The position numbers were made by a program, and so were the translations under genes. Under the pieces are notes generated by a model. That model made no database searches. It saw nothing but the letters and a program-made list of their open reading frames with translations, and was not told where the DNA came from. A DNA stretch of 64,000 bases, taken from assembly GCA_951406725.2 (NCBI GenBank), contig OX597824.1:60388001-60452000 (forward strand), written 5' to 3'. Below, piece by piece: positions 1-11,747 of this stretch (position 1 is the first letter of the stretch; each line of letters begins with the position of its first letter). The DNA is from Octopus vulgaris (taxonomy: Eukaryota).

Positions 1-339
1 CACTCCATAAACCTGCAGTTAGACATTTTGAGCCATTGGATCACCAACTTTTTCACTTGATCTGCAAATGCATAATGAAGTATCTTCATTCTGGGAACTA
101 CTTTGGTTACAAGCATTAATGAATGCTTTTTTTTTTTTGTCTGTTAGTTGACCTCCTACTCTTTATCATATTTTTTCCTTCTCTTCTCTTGAACTTGAAA
201 CTTTTTGCTTCTCAAATTTAGCAGCAGTCCTGTTCAACATTTCCTTGGTGTCTTCTTTTCTTGTGATCAGTAGCGCTTTATTTCTTTATTGCTTTCAAAT
301 TTTTCAGCATTCCTTTTGATTACTTCCCCTGTTGACTGC

Positions 340-425
340 TGTTTCCCTACCAGACTGGTTATTAGTCTGTAGATTTTAGGGCTTACTGTCTTGGGAATTA
401 AGATGGTTTCCTCCTTAGTGGTATT
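340..425 (-). mobile_element. Decayed non-LTR RT fragment (R4/Dong-like)
   Basis: Minus strand translates to ETILIPKTVSPKIYRLITSL, resembling the T.LIPK...NYRPITCL RT motif. Confidence 0.4.
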
Positions 426-566
426 GTCTGCTGTTCCCTCTACTCACACCTCATGTGTCCCTGATAATTATTTTAACCAGAAGTTTAGAACCTTACCATG
501 TCCTAAAATTTCAGGCCTTTTTCGTGTTTTGTGTCTGTTGTAGAAAGGATTATTATTATTATTATT

Positions 567-797
567 ACGGAGATGTACTTGCATAGCAAGTGATTTGATC
601 TGAGATTGTGTGCTGAAATGAAAGCAGTTGCAGCGTGGAAGGTGTTTGTAAGCCATTTAAGAAACACACAAAAGCCGTTCGATTCACTTCAACATTTAAG
701 TTTAATTTGTCAAAATATTTTCGTCGCTTTAAGACCGCAACCTGTTAACAGCTTTTGTGTGTTTCTTAAATGGCTTGCAAACAACTTCCACGCTGCA

Positions 798-800
<3 letters not shown>
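567..800. mobile_element. Penelope-like terminal repeat fragment with inverted arm
   Basis: 628-679 is the reverse complement of 747-798. Same family as 15001-15320. Flanked by (ATT)n. Confidence 0.65.
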
Positions 801-832
<32 letters not shown>

Positions 833-873
833 GACTACTAATACTACTACTACTACTATAACAATAAAAAAAA

Positions 874-1765
874 AAAGGTGGCAAGTTGACAGAACTGTTA
901 ATGTGCCGGGCAAAGTGCTTAGCAGTGTTTTGTCTGTGTACATTCTGAGTTCGAATTCCGCTGAGATCGACTTTGCCTTTTCATATTTTCGGGGTTGATA
1001 AATTAAGTACCAGTGAAACACTGGGGTCAGGTCAATGTAACCAACTAGTTCCCTACCCCCTAAAATTTCAGGCTTTGTGCCTTTAGTAGAAATCTGGCAG
1101 AATCATTAGCTTGCCAGGCAAAATGCTTAGCGGCATTTCTTCTGGCTTTTCATTCTGAGTTCAAATTCTGCCAAGCTCAAATTTACCTTTTATCCTTTTG
1201 GGGGTCAATAAAATAAGTACCAGTTGAACACTGTGGTCGATGTAATTAACTCTCCCCTCCCTTCAAAAAACTGCTGGCCTTGTACCAAAATTTGGAACCA
1301 TTATTATTATGTTTTTATTGTTGTTGTTGCTTTGTTTTAAACAAGCTGTTTCATATATCACCCATAAACCTCAAGAAACAGCATGTTAGACATTTTACTG
1401 CGGGGGTTAATTTATGAGTAGCAATATGTTTCACGAAAAGGAAACAAAGTACTGAGAATTAAAATTACATTAAACATTTGTTGTACTATTTGTGATTTTA
1501 AAAGGTTTTGTGGCTTAAATATTCTCAAGTTGACAGTGTTTTTAGGATGTGCAGAATCATTTGCACGACAGGCAAAATGCTTAGCAGTATTTCATCTGTC
1601 TCTACATTCTGAGTTCAAATTCCACCAAGGTTGACTGTACCTTTCAGCCTTTCAAAGGTTGATAAAATAAGTACCAGTTAAACACTGGGGTAGATGTAAT
1701 CAACTTACTCCTCCCACGAAATTACAGACATTGTACCTTTAGTAGAGAGGATTATTAATTATTAT
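874..1765 (+). mobile_element. Three copies of the abundant ~220-bp SINE family A (approx. 874-1091, 1094-1310, 1550-1765)
   Basis: Shared consensus ggtgagctggcagaa...ctgagttcaaattc (B-box-like)...gcctttcatcctttcggggtcgataaaataagtaccag...(ATT)n tail. Confidence 0.85.
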
Positions 1766-2099
1766 TGTTGTTGTTCAGTAATCTTATACCTATTGTATGC
1801 TTTCACTCCTCTACTCAGTGCAGCTCTCTGTGTCTTTGGTATGTACTGTGGTTTGTTTTGGTGGTGGTATTTTTAATGTATTTGAAATACTCTATGTAAG
1901 AAGTGTGCTGTACCTGGCAGTGCTATTTTCATCATCATCATTTAATGTCCAAGTTCCATGGGTCCAAGGACTGTATCTTGCTCCAGTGCCTGCTTTGGCA
2001 TGGTTTCCACTGCTGGATTCCATTCCTAATGTTCACCACTTTACAGCATGCCACTGGGTACTTTTCTCGTGCCACCAGTGCTAGTGAAGTTGCCATTAT

Positions 2100-2495
2100 A
2101 AAGCACCCACTACACTCTGGGAGTGGTTGGCATTAGAAAGGGGCGAGCTGGCAGAAACGTTAGCATGCTGGGCGAAATGCGTAGCCGTATTTCGTCTACC
2201 GTTACGTTCTGAGTTCAAATTCTGCCAAGGTCGACTTTGCCTTTCATCCTTCCGGGGTCGATTAAATAAGTACCTGTTATGTACTGGGGTCGATGTAATT
2301 GACTTAATCCGTTTGTCTGTCCTTGTTTGTCCCCTCTGTGTTTAGCCCCTTGTGGGTAGTAAAGAAGTAGGTATTAAGAAGGGCATCCAGCCATAGAAAC
2401 CATGCCAAATCAAATTGGAACCTGGTGCAGTTCCCTGGCTTACTAGTTTTCAGTCAAACCACCCAACCCATGCCCAGCATTGAAAACAGATAAGT
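2100..2495 (+). mobile_element. RTE-type 3' tail element interrupted by a family A SINE (approx. 2140-2372)
   Basis: aagcacccactacactc...gagtggttggcattag breaks at ~2140 and resumes at ~2373 with ...aagggcatccagcc...aacccatgcc. Compare the uninterrupted copies at 53377-53545 and 57191-57358. Confidence 0.8.
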
Positions 2496-2517
2496 GATTA
2501 TTATTATTATTATTATG

Positions 2518-2790
2518 AAGGTGGTGAGCTGGCAAAATTGTTACCATACCAGGCAAAATGCTTAGCAGCATTTCGTATGGGTTTATGTTCTGAGTTCAAA
2601 TTCTGTTGAGGTTGACTTTGCCTTTCATATTTTCGGGGTCGATAAATTAAGTACTAGTGAAACACTGGGGTTGGGGTGGGGTTTCGATGTAATTGACTAG
2701 TCCCCTTCCCCAAAATTTCAGGCCTTGTGTCTTTAGTAGAAAGGATCATCATCATCATGATGATGATCATCATCATTATTATTATAGGGC
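2518..2790 (+). mobile_element. SINE family A copy
   Basis: Matches the family A consensus, with an (ATC)/(ATT)n tail. Confidence 0.85.
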
Positions 2791-4089
2791 AGTCAATGAA
2801 CAAAATCATAGGAGTATAAACAAAATGCTTATTAGTAGATTTGCAGAATTATTAGTGTTGAATAAAATTCCTTCTGGTATTTATTTTGAATAAAATTCCT
2901 TCTGGTATTTATTTTGAACCTTGAGCCTTGTTTAAAGATTAATGTGCAGTTTAACACTTGAATGTTTTAATACAGTCCACTCTCTTGCAGTCATAATTGA
3001 CAGGAAGTGGGATATGCATGCTGTACTGTGTGATGGAGAAATGGAGGGTCTTGCACATTGTTGCTTAGTTCCTGGTCAGTCGGTCAGTCCTTCATTAAGC
3101 AAATCTCTTATACTCACTCCTACTAACACTTCTGTTTCAGGCCTAATGTCTAGGACATCATTATCTAATGTGCTCTTCCTTTTTTAAAAATGGCAGATTT
3201 AGCTGCTATTTCTAACAGAGCAGGACACCGCATAGTTGAACAATTTGAAAGGGCAAGTTGTTGTGTACAATGTGAAGATGGAAGGATTGGGTTGTGCAGT
3301 GTGTGTTGGTGTGGTGTGTGTGATGGTAGTGGTGAGTTGTGTATAGATGTGTGTGTGTGTGGTGGTAGTGGCATGAGTTTGTGTGTTTAATGACTTTAGT
3401 TGCCTTAAAGGCGATGACAGAGTACATAGCATAATAAAACCATGACCTAAATTTCATAGTGAAAAATATACAGAACACTTATTTCTAATTACTGAATCAT
3501 ATACCAAATTGTTGAAATAGCCATAAAACACTTATTTTTGACACTAGATCATGGTGAAGTGCTGGAAGTTCACAAGAGGTCATAGGTTCAATACTTCACA
3601 CAAGTAATGCAATGAATTATTCACTACTCAGTAGTATTCATTATTAAAAGTTGATTAGTTTAATCTGTGTCATGATTTATTAGTAACAATATATCTTAAC
3701 TAAACTAGGTTTCTAATTTTATCTTAACTCTAACTGACAGTATGTAACATCATACTGACATAATTTTAAAAGTGTTTGGAGGGTGCAGCTGTGAGTTTCT
3801 AGATGTTTCAATAGTTTCACAACATCTTACATATTTGAATTTGTATAACCGTTAAGAATAACCTATCTAGCTCAATACTCAATTTATACTATGCTGTAAT
3901 TACCTCGTATAGTGCTTACTCAGTTAGTGCTGCAATTTTTAGAAACTATTCAAGAACATTAATTGAGGTTTTGCTGTAGTATAAGTCTTAGGTATGTTAT
4001 TTAGAAATAAGGAGAGTTGTAGAGAATCATAAGCTACTTCTGCCATTTACTTGTGCATGGCTGAATTTCTAAGGAAGACTGGCCTGCAA

Positions 4090-4342
4090 ACTGGTGCCAC
4101 GTAAACTGGTGTCACATAAAAAGCTTTGCTAGTGTCACATAGTAGCATCCATGCCAGCACTATGTAATAAGCACCCAGTGCACTCTGTAAAGAGGTTGGC
4201 ATTAGGAAGGGCATCCAGTCATAGAAACCAAGCCAAAATCAGACTGGAACCTGATCAGTTCTCTTGCTTGCCAGCTCCTGTCAAATTATCCAACCCATGC
4301 CCAGCATAAAAAATGGACGTTAAACAATGATAATGATGATGA
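4090..4342 (+). mobile_element. RTE-type 3' tail (SINE or LINE end)
   Basis: ggcattaggaagggcatccag...caacccatgcc...ggacgttaaac followed by (GAT)n. Confidence 0.75.
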
Positions 4343-4597
4343 AGGAAACATGGTCAGTGTTTGCATATCTTTAGCCAAAGCACTAATGGATAAGGACTGA
4401 TCTGGGCTTAAAAATAATTTTCTCTCTGTCTCTAACAATTGGAGATCTTTATATTTTTAACAGCATGCTATACTTTGTTGCTATGGTAATAGATGTGTCT
4501 GCTACACATTTGTTGTTGATATATGGATAGCATGTCTGAGCAGAGTTGGCTGTTTTTCCTCAGAAAGTAGATATGCAGATTATTGGTAGTGGATGGG

Positions 4598-5020
4598 ATT
4601 ATTATTATTATTATTATTTCATATATGCACCACAGATTAGACTGTTGGGAAAAAATTCCTGACATCAAGCTACAACAAGTAACCTTAGATGTCAAGAACC
4701 TTCCTAATTATCCTAGCTGTTCCTAATAATACTCTTTTCTGGAGCTGCAATAAACTAGGTTTTATGCCTATTTCCTCTATTCATCTGTTCAAATCTTTAG
4801 AGATAGTTCCTAATGCACTTATAACTACAGGGATATATTTTACCCACACTATCCATAGGCTCTGTAATTCAATAGCTAGACCCTGGTACTTTGTTATTTT
4901 ATCTCTACCTCTCATATTAATTTTCTTATCGTTTGGGACAGTAAAGTCAATTACCTGGCAGTTTCTATTCTCTTTGTCTGCTACTACTAAATCAGGCTGT
5001 CTAGCTTCTGTTAGTCTGAA
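4598..5020 (-). mobile_element. 3' end of R4/Dong-clade LINE, restriction-like endonuclease domain
   Basis: RQPDLVVADKENRNCQVIDFTVPND...KITKYQGL...IPVVISALG, continuing to LLGTARIIRKVLDI*, then an (AAT)n tail. Confidence 0.85.
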
Positions 5021-5050
5021 ATTAATATTATTAATATTGTTATTATTATG

Positions 5051-5275
5051 AAGGTGGCAAGCTGGCAAAATTACAAGCATGCTGGGCAAAATGCTGAGAG
5101 CCATTTCATCTGTCTTTACATTCTGAGTTCAAATTCTACCATGGTCAACTTTGCCTTTCATCCTTTCAGGGTTGATAAAATAGGTACCAGTTGATTAACG
5201 GGGATCAATGTAATTGACTTGCCTCTCCCCAGAAATTGCCGGCCTGTGCCAAAATTTGAAACCAATATTATTATC
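5051..5275 (+). mobile_element. SINE family A copy
   Basis: Matches the family A consensus. Confidence 0.85.
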
Positions 5276-5569
5276 ATGGTAAGTGTGAGAGTAGGCTAGA
5301 AAAAGACAAGCGGTTAGGGGAAGGGGAGGAATACAGTGTTTTTTTATTGTTTTAGAGTAACTACAACAATCTATTCCCAGTACATGGTTGGTACTTTATT
5401 TTATTGATACCAGAACAATGAAACTAAAGTTGGCCTCTGTGGGATTTGAACCAAGAAAGAACACTAATGTGGTCATAGTAAGGCATTTTGTCTATCACTT
5501 TGTCATTTCTGCTAATCCACCACCTTTTACTATATAAGCTTCTAACATTGTTCTCATTTTTAACAATTT

Positions 5570-5806
5570 GTCAGTTGCACTACATGGCACCTTTAGCAAG
5601 TGTCTCTCATGATAGCCCTGGGCTGAGCAAAGCCTTACGAGTGGATTTGGTAGACTGAACTGAAAGACTGTGTGTATGTGTGTGTTTCCATTCATCCATG
5701 TCCCACCGCAACCACTTGACAGCTGGAGTTGATTTGTTTGTGTCCTTGTAGTTTAGCCATTTGGTGGAAGAGGCCAAGAGAATAAGTTCCCAGACTTAAG
5801 AAATAA
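5570..5806 (+). mobile_element. SINE family B, 5' part (interrupted by the hAT element)
   Basis: catggcaccttt...agccttacgagtggatttggtagac...cttgacagctgg...aataag, homologous to 8180-8500. The 3' tail resumes at ~8115. Confidence 0.65.
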
Positions 5807-8114
5807 CTAATGAGTAATGCATTGTTTTACCAAGAAGTTAAAATTCATAAAAACATTTGTTTGAAGGTTAAAACTAGAGATGAAAACTTTTTTTCTTTAC
5901 AATTAATCATTGTAATTAATCACTTCTTTAAGTTAATAAAGTTAAAATCATGCAATAAAGTTAAAAGAAGGTTAAAAAAAGGAAATTCACTAAAAAGAAA
6001 ATTTTTTATGATTAGTTACTGAAAAGAATAAATAAATTCATTGATATATATTTTTATGTATTGATGAAACCTAATTTCATACATATTTTTTCCTACTAAT
6101 TTTTTGGAGGAGCTATTGTATTGGACTACAGCTTTGGAGCTATTTTTAGCACTGTCTATGGCTTGTCTTACCCGTCAATGTTAAATTATTTAACACCATG
6201 TGCATCCAGTCATTTGAACATAAACAAAAGTCTAGCATATCTGTTTAGTTTTTCTATAAGACAAATTTCTGACTTCAAGGTGCGTTTACCAATATTAGTT
6301 ATTGGTGATCAATACCAAACACTAATAGTGATTATTTACATCTTTTTTCTGATTCATAAAACAGGCCTCTTTAAGAATATAATTATTTATTATCATCCAA
6401 TTGTAAGTGTATATACTTATAGTTTTAATTCTTTACACCTGTTATTTAGGAATTTTAAATTTACCATCAAAAGTGAGTATTTTTCCTTGCTAGTCTTTTC
6501 ACTATATGTAAATGTACAGTATGCTAGCTGTTTCTCAATATTTTGATATATATTTTATGATTTTCTTATTCTTAAATCAGATATCAAAGCCAAAAACAAG
6601 TCAAAAGCCAAAAGCCCTTGAATTTACAGAAAAAATTTCAAAAGAATTTGTATCAAATCACAATAACACTGCAGACTGTGCCTTGTTGATGTCAAATGCA
6701 ATAAAAGGCATTTTGTTGAGTCACATAAAGTGAGCAAAAATATCAAAACCATATTGAAAAGACTACTAAAATTGTACAGCCACCTATCAAATCATTTGAA
6801 TTTACCAAAAATGATAAATCTTGGGGTGCAATGTTGACCATAGTGTTTCTTGAGGCTAGCATTCCTTTGCACAAGTTCACTAATACAAGTGTGAGAAGTC
6901 TGTTTGATTCTCTCAATAAGCCATTGCCATCTCAATCTACCTGCCAAAAACATGATATGTTTAGTGCAAATATGGTTGAAAATTGCAAGAGTTGCTTGGC
7001 TGATTAAAATGTATTTTTAATTGTTGATGAAAGTGAGATCAATGACAAAAAAATTGTCAATGTACTCATTGGTTCAGCTTAAAATCCTCAAAAAGCATTC
7101 TTAATTGAATGTTTGCCACTCAAATCAGCTCTAACTGCCACAGTCATCACTCAGATCATTGATGATTTGTTAAGAAGTATGGTGGTTCCAGGAGAAAATT
7201 TTCTCCAACTCTTGTATGATGCTACTTGGTATATGGTAGCTGCTGGAGAAACATTCCAAGTATCTTAATCTCTTTCATGTAACCTGCTTCTCCCACCTAT
7301 TGCACAACTGTGCTCTAAAAATAAAGGCTTTCTATCCTGCAGTGGATTGTCTGATTACCCCATGAAGGCTGCCACTATAAAAAAACAAACACTACTGGGA
7401 GCAATTCAAAACACACAAATATCTGCCTCAGCCACTTGTGATCTGGTGGGGCAGCTGGTTGGATGCCTGAAATTACTATGTAAGAACCTTGCAAAGGTTA
7501 CAAAAATTGTAGAAAGTTTGGAAGATGAAGACATTTTGGTGCAGAGAATGACAGAAGCTGTGTGAAACCTTGAGATCAGGACTAACCTCATCCAAATATG
7601 TTCAAACAATCTGCAGTTGAAAGAATTGATTTTGAAAGCTAAGTCAACAGCTTTCACCAACTATGATGCTTACAAAAGCCTCAAACAATTGAAATTCAAC
7701 AAAGACCCATGTTGCATCATGAATTACATTGATTTTAGATTCAATAAAAACCAAATTAATTCAATAATTCAACTGATGAATCCCAAAATTTCACCCATGG
7801 AATAAACAGATCTGATACGTCAAGTGATATCAGCTTCTGTAGAATGCAGTTTTTTGATGCTGAAAAAGTTCCTCGCAAAAGATAGTTTTTGCTTACAAAT
7901 ATAAAACATTATATTGTAGTATAATAAATTTCCACAATAGTTGTTTTTTAAAATAGCATTGATAATACTCATAAAGTAATCAAAACGAGAGTGAACTCCC
8001 TAATATTTATGGATATATTAGTAAAAATAAGGTTAAAATCTGTCAATAAAGTTAGAAAATAAAGTTAAAATTAAGCAATTTTTAAGGTTTAAAAAAAATT
8101 ACCCTAGTAATTAG
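5807..8114 (+). mobile_element. Decayed hAT DNA transposon (DUF659/CGGBP1-like transposase pseudogene, approx. 6560-7900)
   Basis: Frameshifted translation gives FLIVDESE...NVLIG, LYDATWYMVAAG, HVTCFSHLLHNCALKIKAFYPAVD and SASVECSFLMLKK (hAT C-terminal SA.VERSFS). Imperfect terminal repeats CTAAT...ATTAG. Confidence 0.75.
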
Positions 8115-8179
8115 GTAGATTTATTCAAGGTGGTGCCCCAGCATTGCTGCAGTCCAATGACTGAAACAAGTAAAAAAGG

Positions 8180-8500
8180 CATGGCAGGTTCAGTCCCACT
8201 GCATGGCACCTTGGGAAAATGTCTTCTACTATAGCCTTGGGCTGACCAAAGCCTTGTGAGTGGAATTGGTAGACAGAAACTGAAAGAAGTCTGTTGTATA
8301 TATATTTGTGTGGTGTGTAAGTGAGACTTTGTGTCTGTCTTTGTCTCCTACCACCACTTGACAACTGGTGTTGGTTTGCTTACGTCCCTGTAACTTAAGC
8401 AGTTCTGCAAAAAGAGACCAATAGAATAAGTACCAGGGTTAATAAAAAGAAACAAAAAATTAATCCTGGGTTTGATTCATTCGACTAAAACTTCTTCAAG
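8180..8500 (+). mobile_element. SINE family B copy (mirrored at approx. 10110-10430 on the minus strand)
   Basis: ggttcagtcccactgcatggcaccttggg...aaagccttgtgagtgga...gacagaaactgaaagaag. Another homologue lies at 33700-33850. Confidence 0.75.
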
Positions 8501-8824
8501 GCACTTTTGATTAAATGTTTATTGTTTCATTTCATATTTCTACACTTTTTCAAATGTATTTCATTTGTCTGGCTTTGTGTATTATATGTTTGTCTCCTCT
8601 TTACCTCATAATTTTGCTCATTTTTATTTGGGTGAATTATATATATATATATATATATATATACCAATTAAGGACTGAACACGAAAGGGTGGACAGTCAA
8701 CATGCTAGATATAGACGTCAAATCGCCATTCTCCACAAAGATTTTGTTCTCAAATAAAAATAAAATTCAGCACGACCTAAAGCAATGGATGAGACAAAAG
8801 AAATATACGAAATGGAATAATCAC

Positions 8825-8886
8825 CTACGTACCGTACAGTTTCAGCTATTAATATCACAAGGATATCTGTAGCTTCGTCAGCGTAG
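8825..8886 (-). ncRNA. Type I hammerhead ribozyme
   Basis: Reverse complement of the 9723-9784 motif; identical sequence. Confidence 0.85.
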
Positions 8887-9332
8887 TTTGTTATGAGCAT
8901 AATATGCTGTACTAGATGAAAAACGGTACCGGAGTCCCGCATGCAAAAAGTACGACCTATTACGTTCGGATGTATCTTTCAAATGCCTCTACTTTTGGCG
9001 AGCTGATAATCGAAAAACCAGCCTGCAGCTAATAATTAGCAGCAGTCAATTTATCGGTTTGAGAACATATATTTCATATTTAAAAATTAAGGGTAAAAAT
9101 TGATATTAGTCAATTAAAACCAGTGGTCTAGCACATTAAAAAGAATCCGAAGATTAAAATATTTATATATACCAATTAAGGACTGAACACGAAAAGGTGG
9201 ACAGTCAACATGCTAGATATAGACGTCAAATCGCCATTCTCCACAAAGATTTTGTTCTCAAATAAAAATAAAATTCAGCACGACCTAAAGCAATGGATGA
9301 GACAAAAGAAATATACGAAATGGAATAATCAC

Positions 9333-9394
9333 CTACGTACCGTACAGTTTCAGCTATTAATATCACAAGGATATCTGTAGCTTCGTCAGCGTAG
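9333..9394 (-). ncRNA. Type I hammerhead ribozyme
   Basis: Identical motif in the second tandem unit. Confidence 0.85.
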
Positions 9395-9722
9395 TTTGTT
9401 ATGAGCATAATATGCTGTACTAGATGAAAAACGGTACCGGAGTCCCGCATGCAAAAAGTACGACCTATTACGTTCGGATGTATCTTTCAAATGCCTCTAC
9501 TAATATCAATTTTTACCCTTAATTTTTAAATATGAAATATATGTTCTCAAACCGATAAATTGACTGCTGCTAATTATTAGCTGCAGGCTGGTTTTTCGAT
9601 TATCAGTGCGCCAAAAGTAGAGGCATTTGAAAGATACATCCGAACGTAATAGGTCGTACTTTTTGCATGCGGGACTCCGGTACCGTTTTTCATCTAGTAC
9701 AGCATATTATGCTCATAACAAA

Positions 9723-9784
9723 CTACGCTGACGAAGCTACAGATATCCTTGTGATATTAATAGCTGAAACTGTACGGTACGTAG
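9723..9784 (+). ncRNA. Type I hammerhead ribozyme
   Basis: ctacg-CTGACGA-agcta(cagatatccttgtgatattaa)tagct-GAAA-ctgtacgg-TA-cgtag. Stem I is ctacg/cgtag, stem II is agcta/tagct, stem III is near-palindromic, and the cleavage triplet is GUA. Confidence 0.88.
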
Positions 9785-10732
9785 GTGATTATTCCATTTC
9801 GTATATTTCTTTTGTCTCATCCATTGCTTTAGGTCGTGCTGAATTTTATTTTTATTTGAGAACAAAATCTTTGTGGAGAATGGCGATTTGACGTCTATAT
9901 CTAGCATGTTGACTGTCCACCCTTTCGTGTTCAGTCCTTAATTGGTATATATATATATATATATATATATAATTCACCCAAATAAAAATGAGCAAAATTA
10001 TGAGGTAAAGAGGAGACAAACATATAATACACAAAGCCAGACAAATGAAATACATTTGAAAAAGTGTAGAAATATGAAATGAAACAATAAACATTTAATC
10101 AAAAGTGCCTTGAAGAAGTTTTAGTCGAATGAATCAAACCCAGGATTAATTTTTTGTTTCTTTTTATTAACCCTGGTACTTATTCTATTGGTCTCTTTTT
10201 GCAGAACTGCTTAAGTTACAGGGACGTAAGCAAACCAACACCAGTTGTCAAGTGGTGGTAGGAGACAAAGACAGACACAAAGTCTCACTTACACACCACA
10301 CAAATATATATACAACAGACTTCTTTCAGTTTCTGTCTACCAATTCCACTCACAAGGCTTTGGTCAGCCCAAGGCTATAGTAGAAGACATTTTCCCAAGG
10401 TGCCATGCAGTGGGACTGAACCTGCCATGCCTTTTTACTTGTTTCAGTCATTGGACTGCAGCAATGCTGGGGCACCACCTTGAATAAATCTACCTAATTA
10501 CTAGGGTAATTTTTTTTAAACCTTAAAAATTGCTTAATTTTAACCTTATTTTCTAACTTTATTGACAGATTATTTTCTAACTTTATTGACGTCTATATCT
10601 AGCATGTTGACTGTCCACCTTTTCGTGTTCAGTCCTTAATTGGTATATATAAATATTTTAATCTTCGGATTCTTTTTAATGTGCTAGACCACTGGTTTTA
10701 ATTGACTAATATCAATTTTTACCCTTAATTTT

Positions 10733-10774
<42 letters not shown>

Positions 10775-10777
<3 letters not shown>

Positions 10778-11070
10778 TTATCATCATTGTTTAACGTCTG
10801 TCTTCCATGCATGCATGGGTAGGACAGTTGACAGGAGCCAGCCAGGTAAAAAATCTACCCAAGGCTACTGTGTCTGTTTTGGCAGGGATTTTATGGCTGG
10901 ATGCCCTTCCTAACACTAACCACTCTGCAGAGTGGACTCTGTGCTTTTTATGCAGCAAGATTTTTACAGCTGGATGCCCTTCCAGATGCCAACCATGTTA
11001 CAGTGTGGACTGGATACTTTTAACGTGGCACCAGCACTGGCAGGGTAACCAAGTAACTCACAAGACAAGG
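10775..11070 (-). mobile_element. RTE-type 3' tail element
   Basis: Reverse complement of the tail motif (ggctggatgcccttcctaac, catgcatg, catcatt). Confidence 0.7.
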
Positions 11071-11565
11071 AAGTATAAGAGGGGCGGGACACTTGTGTTA
11101 GAGGATGAAGGTTAGAGTGTGACAAAGAGACAGAGAGACAGAAGCAGGTTTCTTGCCACAACTGAGGGGGCATTAGAGGAGGTGATCCAGTATCAAATGA
11201 TGAAAGGTTAGAGTGTAACAAGGAAATAGAGAGGCAGAAATAGATGTTTTGCTATAGAGGAGGTACATGGTGACCCATTGAGAGAGAGAGAGAGAGAGAG
11301 GAGAGACAGTGTGAGATAGGGGTACCGAAAGAGGCCAGAAACAAGTGTGCCGATGTAAAGGTGATATTTGGTTACCTAGTCAGAAGAAAAACAAGAGAAT
11401 GAGAGAGAGAATGACGAAAGGGAAAGAGAGAGTGGGAGATAGTAAGAAACAGCAAAAGTGTGAGAGAGAGCAGAAGAGAGATGGTGTAGTAACAAGAATA
11501 TGAGTGTAGAACCTGGTTAGAAAAATAGGAGGTGGGTGAGGTGTGTATGGAGCTATGATACAATA

Positions 11566-11619
<54 letters not shown>

Positions 11620-11680
11620 GGCGGTGCCCCAGCATGGCCACAGCTCATTAGCTGAAACTGGAAAAATCAAAAATCAAATA

Positions 11681-11739
<59 letters not shown>

Positions 11740-11747
<8 letters not shown>

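Larger units (their letters stand above)
8663..9500 (-). mobile_element. 508-bp tandem unit (one full copy 8663-9170, one partial 9171-9500): Penelope pseudo-LTR or retrozyme-like
   Basis: accaattaaggactgaacacg recurs with a 508-bp period. Each unit contains a hammerhead motif and the array abuts (TA)n. Confidence 0.8.
8037..10571. repeat. Near-perfect ~1.07-kb inverted duplication: 8037-9110 vs 9499-10571
   Basis: The arms read as reverse complements with only a few differences. Mirrored ORFs in the track (8515/9852, 8718/9667, 8125/10245) confirm this. Confidence 0.95.

Noticed and set aside
2861-2917. 27-bp tandem duplication
   Set aside because: Simple local slippage within a decayed SINE head.
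3743-4030. Possible solo LTR
   Set aside because: TG start and a TATA-like motif only; no TSD, PBS or second copy.
6121-6546. 141-aa ORF
   Set aside because: AT-rich, F/I/Y-biased and lacking an ATG start; lies in the non-coding leader of the hAT remnant.
8718-9891. Triplicated 74-aa ORF MRDSGTVFHLV...
   Set aside because: Product of the repeat duplication. It overlaps the hammerhead and shows no recognisable protein motif.
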